DNA of 24,136 nt, from positions 1-24,136 of the IMG/VR virus record IMGVR_UViG_3300032229_000782; one strand, 5' to 3'. Source of the DNA: a virus. Taxonomy: Duplodnaviria; Caudoviricetes. Positions 1-9,041 of the stretch are shown one piece after another; the stretch's first letter is position 1, and every line of letters begins with the position of its first letter. The position numbers and the translations under genes were made by a program. The notes under the pieces are model-generated. The model ran no database searches. It saw only the letters and a list, made by a program, of their open reading frames with translations, and was not told the DNA's origin.

Positions 1-1
1 A

Positions 2-499
2 CTTGACTGTATTCTCGTTAAGATTGATGATTTTGAATATGGTTGTTTTTGGAGATTTTTTGCGTCTGACTTAGAAGACTGTGAACTGGTAATATTCAGA
101 GACACTGATTCAAGAATAAATTTGAGAGAAAGAGATGCTGTTAACGCATGGATAGAAAGTGGTAAATCATTACACGTTATGAGGGACCATCCAGCTCACG
201 GTATTCCTTACGGTAATAACAAATTAGGAATATTGGCTGGAATGTGGGGTATCAAAGGAAAACAATTACCACTAACACAGATGATTAAAAAGTTTGTTGT
301 TGGTAAAGAAAACAAGTATGGTATTGACCAAACCTTTTTAAAATTGGTCTATAATGCATTTGAAATTGACAAGGTTGTTCATGATGACTTTTTTGAAAAG
401 AAACCTTTCCCAACTAAAAGAGATACCTTTAGATTTGTTGGTGAAAGAATTGGCATTGATGAATTACCTGTTAATGACGATTGGAAAGCAATTAAATAA
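2..499 (+). CDS. Putative GT-A fold glycosyltransferase-like protein (5'-truncated by the window edge)
   Basis: The frame is open from position 2 (LDCILVKIDDFEYGCFWRFFASDLEDCELVIFRDTDSRINLRERD...), so the TTG at 122 is internal. It carries WRF, a DxD (RDTDSR), MRDHPAH, ILAGMWG and DQTFL motifs typical of a GT-A-like family seen in phage glycan loci. Confidence 0.65.
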   Translation, partial: LDCILVKIDDFEYGCFWRFFASDLEDCELVIFRDTDSRINLRERDAVNAWIESGKSLHVMRDHPAHGIPYGNNKLGILAGMWGIKGKQLPLTQMIKKFVVGKENKYGIDQTFLKLVYNAFEIDKVVHDDFFEKKPFPTKRDTFRFVGERIGIDELPVNDDWKAIK

Positions 500-504
500 A
501 ATAT

Positions 505-528
505 ATGAAAATAGATAGAGTAATATTA
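505..528 (+). repeat. 24-nt direct repeat, copy 1 (ATGAAAATAGATAGAGTAATATTA)
   Basis: Identical to 2780..2803; these are the 5' ends of two paralogous genes. Confidence 0.9.
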
Positions 529-1293
529 AGCACAAATAATAATCCAACGTATTATCAATTTTGGAATCCATTGTCCAAAGTTTACAAGGAAAATTTTGGT
601 ATAACCCCAACACTGATTTTTTTAGGTAGTGAAGAAGAATTAGAAAGTTTACCATTATCGAGAGAATACGGAGATATCTTGAGACAAGATATTGTCCCAA
701 GTAAAGATGTGTCTTGGACAACAACATGGGCTCTTTTTTATTTTACAAAAAATTTTCCTAATGAAGTTTGTTTAATAAACGGAATCGACCAAATTCCGAT
801 GGGAAGTAAATTTCTAATCGATTACATCAAAGAAATAAACGACAACAAATACGTTATGTTAATTGATGACGCCTATAAATTAATGTTCAGTCGTAAAGAT
901 TGGTCTGAAGGAGGTCATTCACCATCTGCATACCACATCGCTAAAGGGGAAACCTTCAATAAGGTTTATTCTTTTGAAGATACATTCCAAGATGAAATAA
1001 AAAAAATCGAATCAATCAAATTAAATTCAATGTGGGGAACCTGGGGTATGGATGAAGCCTATTCAAGTCAGGTGTTGTATAACAAAAAGAACGAAGTAGA
1101 AATTGAATGTCTTTCGAAATTTGGTGAAATATTAAATGGGGGTAGAATCGATTGTCACAGAAGTTTGGAAGTCCCTTTTAATTTAGATACATTAAAAAAT
1201 AATGGATATATTGAATGTCATTCTTGTAGACCATATTTAAACCATAAAAAATACTTAGATAGTATTTTTGACAACGTTCCTAAATTTGTTTAA
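505..1293 (+). CDS. Putative glycosyltransferase-like protein (paralog of 2780..3607)
   Basis: 262 aa ORF. CLINGIDQIP at the DxD-equivalent position, PSAYH, WGMDE and RID motifs are shared with 2780..3607. It lies in a sugar-enzyme context. Confidence 0.5.
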   Translation: MKIDRVILSTNNNPTYYQFWNPLSKVYKENFGITPTLIFLGSEEELESLPLSREYGDILRQDIVPSKDVSWTTTWALFYFTKNFPNEVCLINGIDQIPMGSKFLIDYIKEINDNKYVMLIDDAYKLMFSRKDWSEGGHSPSAYHIAKGETFNKVYSFEDTFQDEIKKIESIKLNSMWGTWGMDEAYSSQVLYNKKNEVEIECLSKFGEILNGGRIDCHRSLEVPFNLDTLKNNGYIECHSCRPYLNHKKYLDSIFDNVPKFV

Positions 1294-2304
1294 ATGAAAA
1301 AATATAAAGTAGGGATTATCGGTTGCGGTGCAATTTTACCGAGACACTTAGAAGCAATCGATTTCAATGATGATTTCGAATTAAAATCAATTTGTGACAT
1401 CCAAGAAGTATTAGTCAAAAGTTTATCAAAACGTTTGAAAGTCAGTTCATATACTGATTACAAAGAAATGATATTATCGAAAGAGGTCGATTTTGTTACA
1501 ATTTGCACACCAAACTCACTACACCACGAACAAGCGATGTTCGCACTAAGAAACGGATGTGATGTTTTAATTGAAAAACCCGTTGCGTTTACAGATGAAG
1601 AGGTTTATGACATAATGAAAGAAGCCAAAAAACATAATAGAAAGGCATATTGTGTTTTACAAGTTAGATTGAACCCAACTGTTCAATTAATCAAAGAAGT
1701 TTTAAAACAAAACTTATTAGGTGAAATAAGAGGTGTAAACTTTGTCCAACGTTGGCAACGACCATTAGAATATTTTACAGGATGGAGAGCAGAACCTTCT
1801 GTAGGAGGTGGCACTCTATATGAATGTGGTATCCATTACTTAGATGTGTTACAATACTTGTTTGGAAAACCATCTGTAATTGGAACAAAAACATATGAAA
1901 TCAAACATAAGAATGTAGGGATTGAAGACACGATTTATTCCATATTTGATTTCGGAGATTATGGTGGGACTTGTGAGGTTACTATTGCATCGGAACCTCA
2001 AAACATTGAATGTTCAATTTCTATTTTAGGTGCCAATGGTTATGTCAAAGTTGGTGGAAAAGCTTTAAACATTATCGAGTCCGCCAAATTTCTATCCCAT
2101 GGTTCTCAGGTTATTTTTGATAAATTAGAAAAAAAATATTATATTAATACCGAACCTAATAGTTATGGTTCTTATCAAGGCTCTTGTCCAAATCATCCAT
2201 TTGTTTATAAAAATTTAGATGAGTTTGAATTGAAAGAGACTTTAAACGTTATTAAACTGATTGATGAGGTATACTCAAAATCAAATATCAAATACAGTAA
2301 ATAA
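1294..2304 (+). CDS. Gfo/Idh/MocA oxidoreductase, WbpB/WlbA-like (UDP-GlcNAcA 3-dehydrogenase-like)
   Basis: Rossmann GIIGCGAI, ICTPNSLH, IEKP, QVRLNP, WQRPLEYF, GGGTLYECGIHYLD; adjacent to a WbpD-like acetyltransferase. Confidence 0.85.
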   Translation: MKKYKVGIIGCGAILPRHLEAIDFNDDFELKSICDIQEVLVKSLSKRLKVSSYTDYKEMILSKEVDFVTICTPNSLHHEQAMFALRNGCDVLIEKPVAFTDEEVYDIMKEAKKHNRKAYCVLQVRLNPTVQLIKEVLKQNLLGEIRGVNFVQRWQRPLEYFTGWRAEPSVGGGTLYECGIHYLDVLQYLFGKPSVIGTKTYEIKHKNVGIEDTIYSIFDFGDYGGTCEVTIASEPQNIECSISILGANGYVKVGGKALNIIESAKFLSHGSQVIFDKLEKKYYINTEPNSYGSYQGSCPNHPFVYKNLDEFELKETLNVIKLIDEVYSKSNIKYSK

Positions 2305-2315
2305 TTATAAATTAA

Positions 2316-2783
2316 ATGGAAAATACTTTTATACACCCAACATCAATTGTAGAATCTGAAACCATTGGAGATAATTGTAAAATTTGGGCTTTCTCACACA
2401 TCTGTAAAAATGCGAAAATTGGTAATAACGTAGTCATTGGAGAAGGTGTATACGTAGGACCAAATGTAGTAATTGGTGATAATTGCAAAATTCAAAATCA
2501 CTCGTTAATATATGATGGTGTAATTATTGAAGACAACGTTTTTATTGGTCCAAACGTGATAACAACAAATGATATTTTTCCTGATGTCAGTAATGATTGG
2601 GAAGACAGGTTTAGAAAAACTCTATTGAAAAAAGGTTGTAGCATTAGTGCAAATACAACAATAGTTTGTGGAAACGAAATCGGTGAAAACACTTTGATTG
2701 GTGCTGGTTCGGTTGTTACAAAAAATATGCCGTCCAATTCAATATGTTTTGGAAATCCTTGTAAATTTATAAGAGTAAAATGA
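2316..2783 (+). CDS. Hexapeptide-repeat (left-handed beta-helix) sugar N-acetyltransferase, WbpD/WlbB-like
   Basis: IHPTSIV, IGDNCKIWAFSHI, IGDNCKIQN, FIGPNVITTND, IGAGSVVTK, GNP motifs. Confidence 0.9.
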   Translation: MENTFIHPTSIVESETIGDNCKIWAFSHICKNAKIGNNVVIGEGVYVGPNVVIGDNCKIQNHSLIYDGVIIEDNVFIGPNVITTNDIFPDVSNDWEDRFRKTLLKKGCSISANTTIVCGNEIGENTLIGAGSVVTKNMPSNSICFGNPCKFIRVK

Positions 2784-2803
2784 AAATAGATAGAGTAATA
2801 TTA
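2780..2803 (+). repeat. 24-nt direct repeat, copy 2
   Basis: Identical to 505..528. Confidence 0.9.
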
Positions 2804-3607
2804 GTTTTGAACAACAATCCTTCTTATACTCATTTTTGGAAAGTTGTAAGTAAAGTTTGGAAAGATAACTTCAATATAACACCAACGTTAATTTTCAATG
2901 GAACTCAAAGTGAGTTTGACGGTAATAATTTTGGTATACCTCCTGAGGACTATATTATCGTAAACAAAGTTCCTGAAGTATCGGAACCTAATCCTGATTG
3001 GAGTGTTACCTGGTCTTTTTTTTGGGGAGCATCCCAATTTCCAAATGATACTTGTTTGTTAGCCGGTATCGACCAAATCCCTTTAGGTGATTTGTTTTTT
3101 AGGAAAATATCAGAGTTTTCCGATGATAAGTTTATCGTAGGATTTTCTGACGCATATAAAAACTACACCAAGGACACATTAGGTTATTTTAATACCGTAA
3201 CTAATGTTTTATACCCATCATCACACTTAGTCGGTAAAGGAAGAAAATTCAAAGAAATCTTCGAAATAAACGATAATTGGGAAGATGAACTCTTGAAAGT
3301 ATTCAATAGTCAAGATAGATATCATTTGCAAAATAATTTCTATACAGTAAAACTATGGGGTTTGGATGAATGTTACGCATCTGAAAAAATATCAATTCAC
3401 AAAAATCCGGAAGATTTAATTTATTTAGATATTTTTTGGGACTATTGGGTAAAAAATAGAATAGACTTTTGCGGTAATGTTAATAAAAATTTCGATATCA
3501 ATCTCGTAAAAGAAGGACATTACTCAGAAATTACAACTAAAAATTTTTTCGCCCATAAACCTAAAATTGAAAACATCATTAACAACATACCAAAATACAA
3601 TTTCTAA
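2780..3607 (+). CDS. Putative glycosyltransferase-like protein (paralog of 505..1293)
   Basis: 275 aa. MKIDRVIL start, CLLAGIDQIP, YPSSH, WGLDE, RID. Its start overlaps the upstream stop (ATGA). Confidence 0.5.
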   Translation: MKIDRVILVLNNNPSYTHFWKVVSKVWKDNFNITPTLIFNGTQSEFDGNNFGIPPEDYIIVNKVPEVSEPNPDWSVTWSFFWGASQFPNDTCLLAGIDQIPLGDLFFRKISEFSDDKFIVGFSDAYKNYTKDTLGYFNTVTNVLYPSSHLVGKGRKFKEIFEINDNWEDELLKVFNSQDRYHLQNNFYTVKLWGLDECYASEKISIHKNPEDLIYLDIFWDYWVKNRIDFCGNVNKNFDINLVKEGHYSEITTKNFFAHKPKIENIINNIPKYNF

Positions 3608-4254
3608 TGAAAATTCTTATAGTAGTTTTATCTCATTTAGACGGAGGAATATATACGAAGTTTTTTGAAACTCAAAATGAATCATGGAATTCTATTGAGG
3701 TTGAAGGTGTTGATACCTTCTTTATGGTTGGAAACAATAATGAGGACACAATTGATGGAAATCTAATAAAAACGAATGTTCGTGAGTCTTTATACAACTG
3801 TGGGCATAAAACAATAAAGGCATTCGAATTGTTGAAGGATTACGAATATGATTACATATTCAGAACTAATTCTAGTTCTTATGTCGACAAGCAAATGTTA
3901 AAGGATTATTTACAAGATAAACCAAGAACTAATTTTTACTCAGGGGTAATCGGAAATCATCACGGAATTTTGTTTGCCTCAGGTTCAGGATTCATTGTTT
4001 CTAAAAATGTCGTTGATTTAGTTCTTTTGAAAAAAGAATATTGGGAACATAGATTTATAGATGATGTTGCATTAGGTCTCTTATTAAGAAATTTAAGAAT
4101 CAATCCAACCCTAGCACCAAGATTTGACGTTGAAACGGTAGATGAAAAAACTCCAATGGATTACTATCATTATAGAATTAAAACATTCAATAGAGATAAC
4201 GATTGTCAATTTATGAAATCAATATTTGAGCTAAAAAAATTATCCTACAAATAA
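3607..4254 (+). CDS. GT31/Fringe-like (galactosyltransferase-like) glycosyltransferase
   Basis: KTIKAF, YDYIFRTNSSSYVD (DxD position degenerate), FASGSGFIVS and DDVALG match the GT31 motif order. TAATG coupling with the upstream gene. Confidence 0.7.
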   Translation: MKILIVVLSHLDGGIYTKFFETQNESWNSIEVEGVDTFFMVGNNNEDTIDGNLIKTNVRESLYNCGHKTIKAFELLKDYEYDYIFRTNSSSYVDKQMLKDYLQDKPRTNFYSGVIGNHHGILFASGSGFIVSKNVVDLVLLKKEYWEHRFIDDVALGLLLRNLRINPTLAPRFDVETVDEKTPMDYYHYRIKTFNRDNDCQFMKSIFELKKLSYK

Positions 4255-4290
4255 TTTTAAATTATCCTATTATTAGATTAATTTAAAATT

Positions 4291-4887
4291 ATGGAAAAAA
4301 TTTTAGAAAAATACAACGAACACAAAAACACTCCTTCAGATATTAACGAACATTTAGAAACCTTATATAATTTAGGTAAAGAATGTTCTCACATCACAGA
4401 AATGGGGGTTAGATGGGTTTCATCAACATGGCCCTTAGTTTATTCTAATCCAAAGAAAATAATTAGCTATGATATTGTAACTAACCCGAACATTATCGAA
4501 GTTATAAATCTATGTAATGAATATTCTGTCGATTATTCTTTCCAAGAAAAAGATGTTCTTCAATTAGAAATAGAGCCAACAGAATTACTTTTTATCGACA
4601 CTCTACACACTTATAATCAATTAATCAAAGAGTTAGAAATACATTCAAATAAAGTTTCGAAATACATCGTTCTTCACGATACAGAATTTTTTGGTAGGGT
4701 TGACGAGTCTGTTTACGAACATGCCAGCAATCTTATAAAAGAAAATCCAACCACAAAACAAGGACTCATGACAGCCGTTGAAGATTTTTTGTCAACGGAA
4801 CTTGGTCAATCTTGGGAGATATTCAAAATATACAAAAACAATAATGGGTTAACCATATTAAAAAACAAATCTTACATAAAAGAATAG
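4291..4887 (+). CDS. Class I SAM-dependent methyltransferase (Methyltransf_24-like)
   Basis: EMGVRWVSST motif I variant, LLFIDTLHTY, YIVLHDT, NNNGLTIL. Confidence 0.8.
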   Translation: MEKILEKYNEHKNTPSDINEHLETLYNLGKECSHITEMGVRWVSSTWPLVYSNPKKIISYDIVTNPNIIEVINLCNEYSVDYSFQEKDVLQLEIEPTELLFIDTLHTYNQLIKELEIHSNKVSKYIVLHDTEFFGRVDESVYEHASNLIKENPTTKQGLMTAVEDFLSTELGQSWEIFKIYKNNNGLTILKNKSYIKE

Positions 4888-4888
4888 T

Positions 4889-5986
4889 ATGAAAAAGGTA
4901 GTCGTTTTAGGTGGAGGTGGTTTTATTGGAGGTCACTTAGCAAAAAAATTAAAAGAAGAAGGTAATCACGTTAGAATCTGTGATTTGAAAAAACATGAAT
5001 ACTTTTTTCAAGATGAAATCTGTAATGAATTCATTGTCGGAGATTTAACAGACCCGAAAGTTGTCGAACTAGTTATTGAAGAAGGTATCGATGAAGTTTA
5101 TCAACTTGCTGCAGACATGGGTGGAGCGATGTATATCTTTACTGGTCAACACGATGCAGATGTCATGTATAACTCAGCAATAATCAATCTTAATGTTGTT
5201 CGTGAATGTGTTAAGAAAAAAGTTGGTAAAGTATTTTACTCTTCATCTGCATGTATGTATCCCGAACACAACCAGTTGGACCCTGAAAATCCAAACTGTG
5301 AAGAAAGTTCTGCATACCCCGCAAATCCAGATTCTGAATATGGGTGGGAAAAACTATTCTCTGAAAGATTATTTTTGGCACACCAAAAAAACTATGGCCT
5401 TGACGTTAAAATAGCAAGATTCCACAACATCTACGGACCTCAAGGAACATGGAATGGTGGGAGAGAAAAAGCACCCGCAGCAATGTGTAGAAAAGTTGCA
5501 GAAGCAAAAGATGGAGATGAGATTGAAGTTTGGGGTGATGGTAATCAGACCCGTTCTTTTTTATACGTTGATGAATGTGTTAGAGCGGTTTTAGAACTTA
5601 TGGATAGTGAATTCTCAGGTCCTGTTAATATTGGTAGTGAAGAAATGGTTAGTATAAATAAACTAGCTGAAATTGCAATTTTAATATCAGGTAAAAACTT
5701 ATCCATCAAAAATTTAGAGGGAAAAGAATTCAAGAAAAAATATGGATTCAACTGTCCTTTAGGTGTCAAAGGTAGAAACTCAGATAATAAATTATACAGA
5801 GAAAGCCTTGGTTCAGATGTTTTTTATCCGTTGGACTTAGGTATAAAATTAACTTATAATTGGATTAAATCAGAAGTTGACGACCTTGAAAAAAATACAA
5901 AGTGGATATACGAAAGCCCTGATGGGGGAAAAACAATCTACAAAAGAAAATTAAACGATACAGAAAAGTATAAAATTAATAAATAA
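4889..5986 (+). CDS. NAD-dependent epimerase, GDP-mannose 3,5-epimerase-like, with a short C-terminal fused domain
   Basis: GGGGFIG, QLAADMGG, YSSSACMYP, YGWEK (YxxxK), RFHNIYGP, GGREKAPAAMCRK, WGDGNQTRSF, GVKGRNSDN are hallmark motifs of the GME subfamily. Confidence 0.9.
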   Translation: MKKVVVLGGGGFIGGHLAKKLKEEGNHVRICDLKKHEYFFQDEICNEFIVGDLTDPKVVELVIEEGIDEVYQLAADMGGAMYIFTGQHDADVMYNSAIINLNVVRECVKKKVGKVFYSSSACMYPEHNQLDPENPNCEESSAYPANPDSEYGWEKLFSERLFLAHQKNYGLDVKIARFHNIYGPQGTWNGGREKAPAAMCRKVAEAKDGDEIEVWGDGNQTRSFLYVDECVRAVLELMDSEFSGPVNIGSEEMVSINKLAEIAILISGKNLSIKNLEGKEFKKKYGFNCPLGVKGRNSDNKLYRESLGSDVFYPLDLGIKLTYNWIKSEVDDLEKNTKWIYESPDGGKTIYKRKLNDTEKYKINK

Positions 5987-5988
5987 AA

Positions 5989-6369
5989 ATGATATCTATT
6001 CCAGTTAGTATCGGAGAAATGATTGATAAATTATCAATACTCCAAGTGAAGAAAAATAAAGTAAAAGACGAAACTAAATTAGAATTCATACATAAAGAAT
6101 TTGAATTGTTATATAACTTTTCATCTGAATTCCTCAACAATCCCGAAACAGATTTAATTTACCATAAATTAGTTATGGTAAACACCAACTTATGGGAAAT
6201 TGAAGACGAACTCAGAATTATGGAAAAGGAAAAGAATTTTGACAAAGAGTTTGTCTCTCTTGCTAGAAAAGTATATTTTACTAATGATGAAAGATTTCGA
6301 CTAAAAAATGAAATTAATTTAGTCACCAAATCAGAAATCAGAGAGGTCAAAGAATACGTCAAATACTAA
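5989..6369 (+). CDS. DUF6165-like protein
   Basis: PVSIGEMIDKLSIL, LWEIEDELR, LARKVYFTNDERFRLKNEIN, EVKEY pattern. Confidence 0.75.
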   Translation: MISIPVSIGEMIDKLSILQVKKNKVKDETKLEFIHKEFELLYNFSSEFLNNPETDLIYHKLVMVNTNLWEIEDELRIMEKEKNFDKEFVSLARKVYFTNDERFRLKNEINLVTKSEIREVKEYVKY

Positions 6370-6386
6370 ACTATAAAAAAAAATTA

Positions 6387-7121
6387 ATGGCTAAATTATC
6401 AAGAAGAACACCACAACCAACCCCTACAGTAAGCGAGGGAAATTTCAAAAGTAAAAAAGATTTAATTTGTTCAATTGTTAAAAAGAAAACTAAACAAAAA
6501 TTTCTATCTGAAAGTCAAAAGTATTATTACGATATTTTAACCAACAATCAAATAACTATCTGTTCAGGTCCTGCCGGTGTCGGAAAGAGTTATATAGCAA
6601 TGAAATGTGCTGTGGATTTATTAGTAGACCCAGAAACACCTTACGAAAAAATAATAATCGTAAGACCAGCAGTTGAGGCAGAAGAAAAATTGGGTAGTCT
6701 TCCAGGTAATGTTGAAGAAAAATTAGACCCATACATTTTCCCATCGTATTATCTTCTAAATAAGATTATAGGTAAAGATGTCAGAGAAAAATTAAAAGAT
6801 ATTGAAGCAATTGAGGTTTTTGCTTTGGCATACATGAGAGGTATGAATATTGACAATTCAATTTTAATATTTGAGGAAGCACAAAATTCTACTCCAAGTC
6901 AAATGAAACTTCTCTTAACAAGAATTGGATTCAATTCTAAATTCTTTATTTCAGGAGACTTGGAACAATTTGATAGACACAAGGATAAAACACACACAGG
7001 TCTTTGGGACGCATTACAAAAATTTCAGGATATGAATGATATCGGAACTTTTGAATTTGGGGGACAAGACATTGTAAGAAATCCTTTGATTACAGGAATT
7101 TTAAAAAGATATGAAGAATGA
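6387..7121 (+). CDS. phoH: PhoH-family ATPase
   Basis: Walker A GPAGVGKS, RPAVEAEEKLGSLPG, YMRG, EEAQN (usually DEAQN), LLTRIG, GDLEQFD, DIVRNPL. Confidence 0.95.
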   Translation: MAKLSRRTPQPTPTVSEGNFKSKKDLICSIVKKKTKQKFLSESQKYYYDILTNNQITICSGPAGVGKSYIAMKCAVDLLVDPETPYEKIIIVRPAVEAEEKLGSLPGNVEEKLDPYIFPSYYLLNKIIGKDVREKLKDIEAIEVFALAYMRGMNIDNSILIFEEAQNSTPSQMKLLLTRIGFNSKFFISGDLEQFDRHKDKTHTGLWDALQKFQDMNDIGTFEFGGQDIVRNPLITGILKRYEE

Positions 7122-7708
7122 AAATAGGAGTTGAACTTAATGGTGTTTTAAGAGACACTTTAAACAAAATACAACAAGAATACGAAAAATGGTATATTGA
7201 AAATCCGTTCAAAGAGGAAAGTGAATTTGATTACAAAGTAATTTCAGATTTAACTACTTTGAAAATTATTGAACACTTATCATTTAAAGATGAAGATGAA
7301 CTTTATAATTTTCTTTATAAAGAACACACCATGGAAATTTTTGGTCATGCAGGTTCAGTAGAAAATTCATCAATGATGGACTTCAATGAATTTTATCTAA
7401 ACATGAGAGATGAACACGACATATTAATTGTATCGGATGAGATGGGAAAATCAAAACCCGCTTCATTATTTTTCATTTCAAAGTTCGGATGTTTGGTAGA
7501 AACTGTAAAATTTTATAGTGAAACAACAATAAATTCGATGTGGGACTCCGTAGACGTTTTACTTACCGCAAATCCACAATTATTATTAAACCATCCTGAA
7601 GGAAAAATTGTGATTAAATACAACACAAGTTATAACTCAGATATTAACACAGAACATTCAATATCAAAATTGAAAGAGTTCGAAGATAAAATTAAAGAAA
7701 TAAAATGA
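7118..7708 (+). CDS. HAD-fold 5'(3')-nucleotidase-like protein, probably catalytically inactive
   Basis: KIGVELNGVLRD (motif I with ExN replacing DxD), ILIVS, DVLLTANP (replacing DxxIDDxP), and a YN terminal motif. Confidence 0.65.
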   Translation: MKIGVELNGVLRDTLNKIQQEYEKWYIENPFKEESEFDYKVISDLTTLKIIEHLSFKDEDELYNFLYKEHTMEIFGHAGSVENSSMMDFNEFYLNMRDEHDILIVSDEMGKSKPASLFFISKFGCLVETVKFYSETTINSMWDSVDVLLTANPQLLLNHPEGKIVIKYNTSYNSDINTEHSISKLKEFEDKIKEIK

Positions 7709-7986
7709 TTAGTGTTTTTAACGAAAACTACTTTGTCGATTTAGATGAAGTTGAAAAATATCTCGATATGTCTGATTCACCTTCAATCGAACCATTAACA
7801 GGTAATACAGAAATGAGAATTAATATTGTAAAATTTGAATTAGTAAAATTGTTACTTGAGGTCGTTCTTAGTGAGAACGAAGACATCGATGAAAAATTAG
7901 GACTGAAATCATCTTCTCAGGTATCAATTCCATTCAGATTAGCATTCAATTCACTATTAAATAAAAAACTTATCAATCACTATTAA
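7705..7986 (+). CDS. Hypothetical protein
   Basis: 93 aa ORF, ATGA-coupled, fills the gap in the operon. Confidence 0.7.
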   Translation: MISVFNENYFVDLDEVEKYLDMSDSPSIEPLTGNTEMRINIVKFELVKLLLEVVLSENEDIDEKLGLKSSSQVSIPFRLAFNSLLNKKLINHY

Positions 7987-7987
7987 T

Positions 7988-9040
7988 ATGGGAAATTTAG
8001 CAACAGAAAAGGTATTACTCTCAATTAAAAACCTTAGAGAGAAAACAGCAAGAATTTACTTTTTTGTCCAAGATACAAAAGGTAATGCCAAAGCATCTAT
8101 ACGATTAATTTATCAAATGGCAGATGCTCTTAAAAAAGATGGATACAATCCAATCATGCTTCACGAAAAGAAAGACTATGTAGGTGTGTCCTCATGGTTA
8201 GGTGAAGAATATATGAATCTACCACATAAATCTATTGAAGGTCAAAACTTAGAAATTTCTCCTGAAGATTTTTTAATCATTCCTGAAATTTTTGCGTTCA
8301 TCATGGAACAAGTTTCAAAACTACCATGTGCTAAAGTTGTATTAACACAACAATACGCTAACATGTTAGAGACCCTTCAACCAGGTCAAAATTGGGCACA
8401 ATTTGGTTTCCACAAATGTATCACAACAACAAATCGTCAGAAGGACTATATCGAAAAAGTAATGAGACAATCATCATTCGATATTATTACTCCATACATC
8501 GGTGAAAACTTTACACCTAAACCAACTCCTCCAATGCCAATAATTGCAGTTCATACAAAAGAACAAAGCGATGCGGTTAATTTTATTAAAACATTTTATT
8601 TGAAGTTTCCACAATATAGATGGTTTACCTTCAGAGACCTAAGAGGTTTATCAGAAAAAGATTTTGCCAAGTCTTTGAAAGAATGTTTTTTAAGTGTTTG
8701 GATTGACGACAAGAGTGGTTTCGGAACATTCCCATTAGAATCAATGGCTTGTGGAGTTCCAACAATAGGGAAGATTCCTGACTTACAACCAGAGTGGATG
8801 ACTGAAGACAATGGAATTTGGATTACAGATGTAACACTCATGGCTGATTTCGTTGCAGACTTTATCCAAAATTGGTTAGAAGATAACATCAAACCAGAAT
8901 TGGCTAACCACATGAAAGAAACAGTAGAAAAATATCAGAATAAACAAGAATTTGAAACTAACGTTATTAACTTATTCGAATCATTCTTAACGACAAGAGC
9001 AAATTCATTCGAAGAACAAATCAACAAAACTGAATTATAA
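7988..9040 (+). CDS. GT-B fold glycosyltransferase (GT4-like)
   Basis: DFLIIPE N-domain motif and C-terminal SGFGTFPLESMACGVPTIG, a variant of the GT4 E-x7-E signature. Confidence 0.8.
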   Translation: MGNLATEKVLLSIKNLREKTARIYFFVQDTKGNAKASIRLIYQMADALKKDGYNPIMLHEKKDYVGVSSWLGEEYMNLPHKSIEGQNLEISPEDFLIIPEIFAFIMEQVSKLPCAKVVLTQQYANMLETLQPGQNWAQFGFHKCITTTNRQKDYIEKVMRQSSFDIITPYIGENFTPKPTPPMPIIAVHTKEQSDAVNFIKTFYLKFPQYRWFTFRDLRGLSEKDFAKSLKECFLSVWIDDKSGFGTFPLESMACGVPTIGKIPDLQPEWMTEDNGIWITDVTLMADFVADFIQNWLEDNIKPELANHMKETVEKYQNKQEFETNVINLFESFLTTRANSFEEQINKTEL

Positions 9041-9041
9041 T

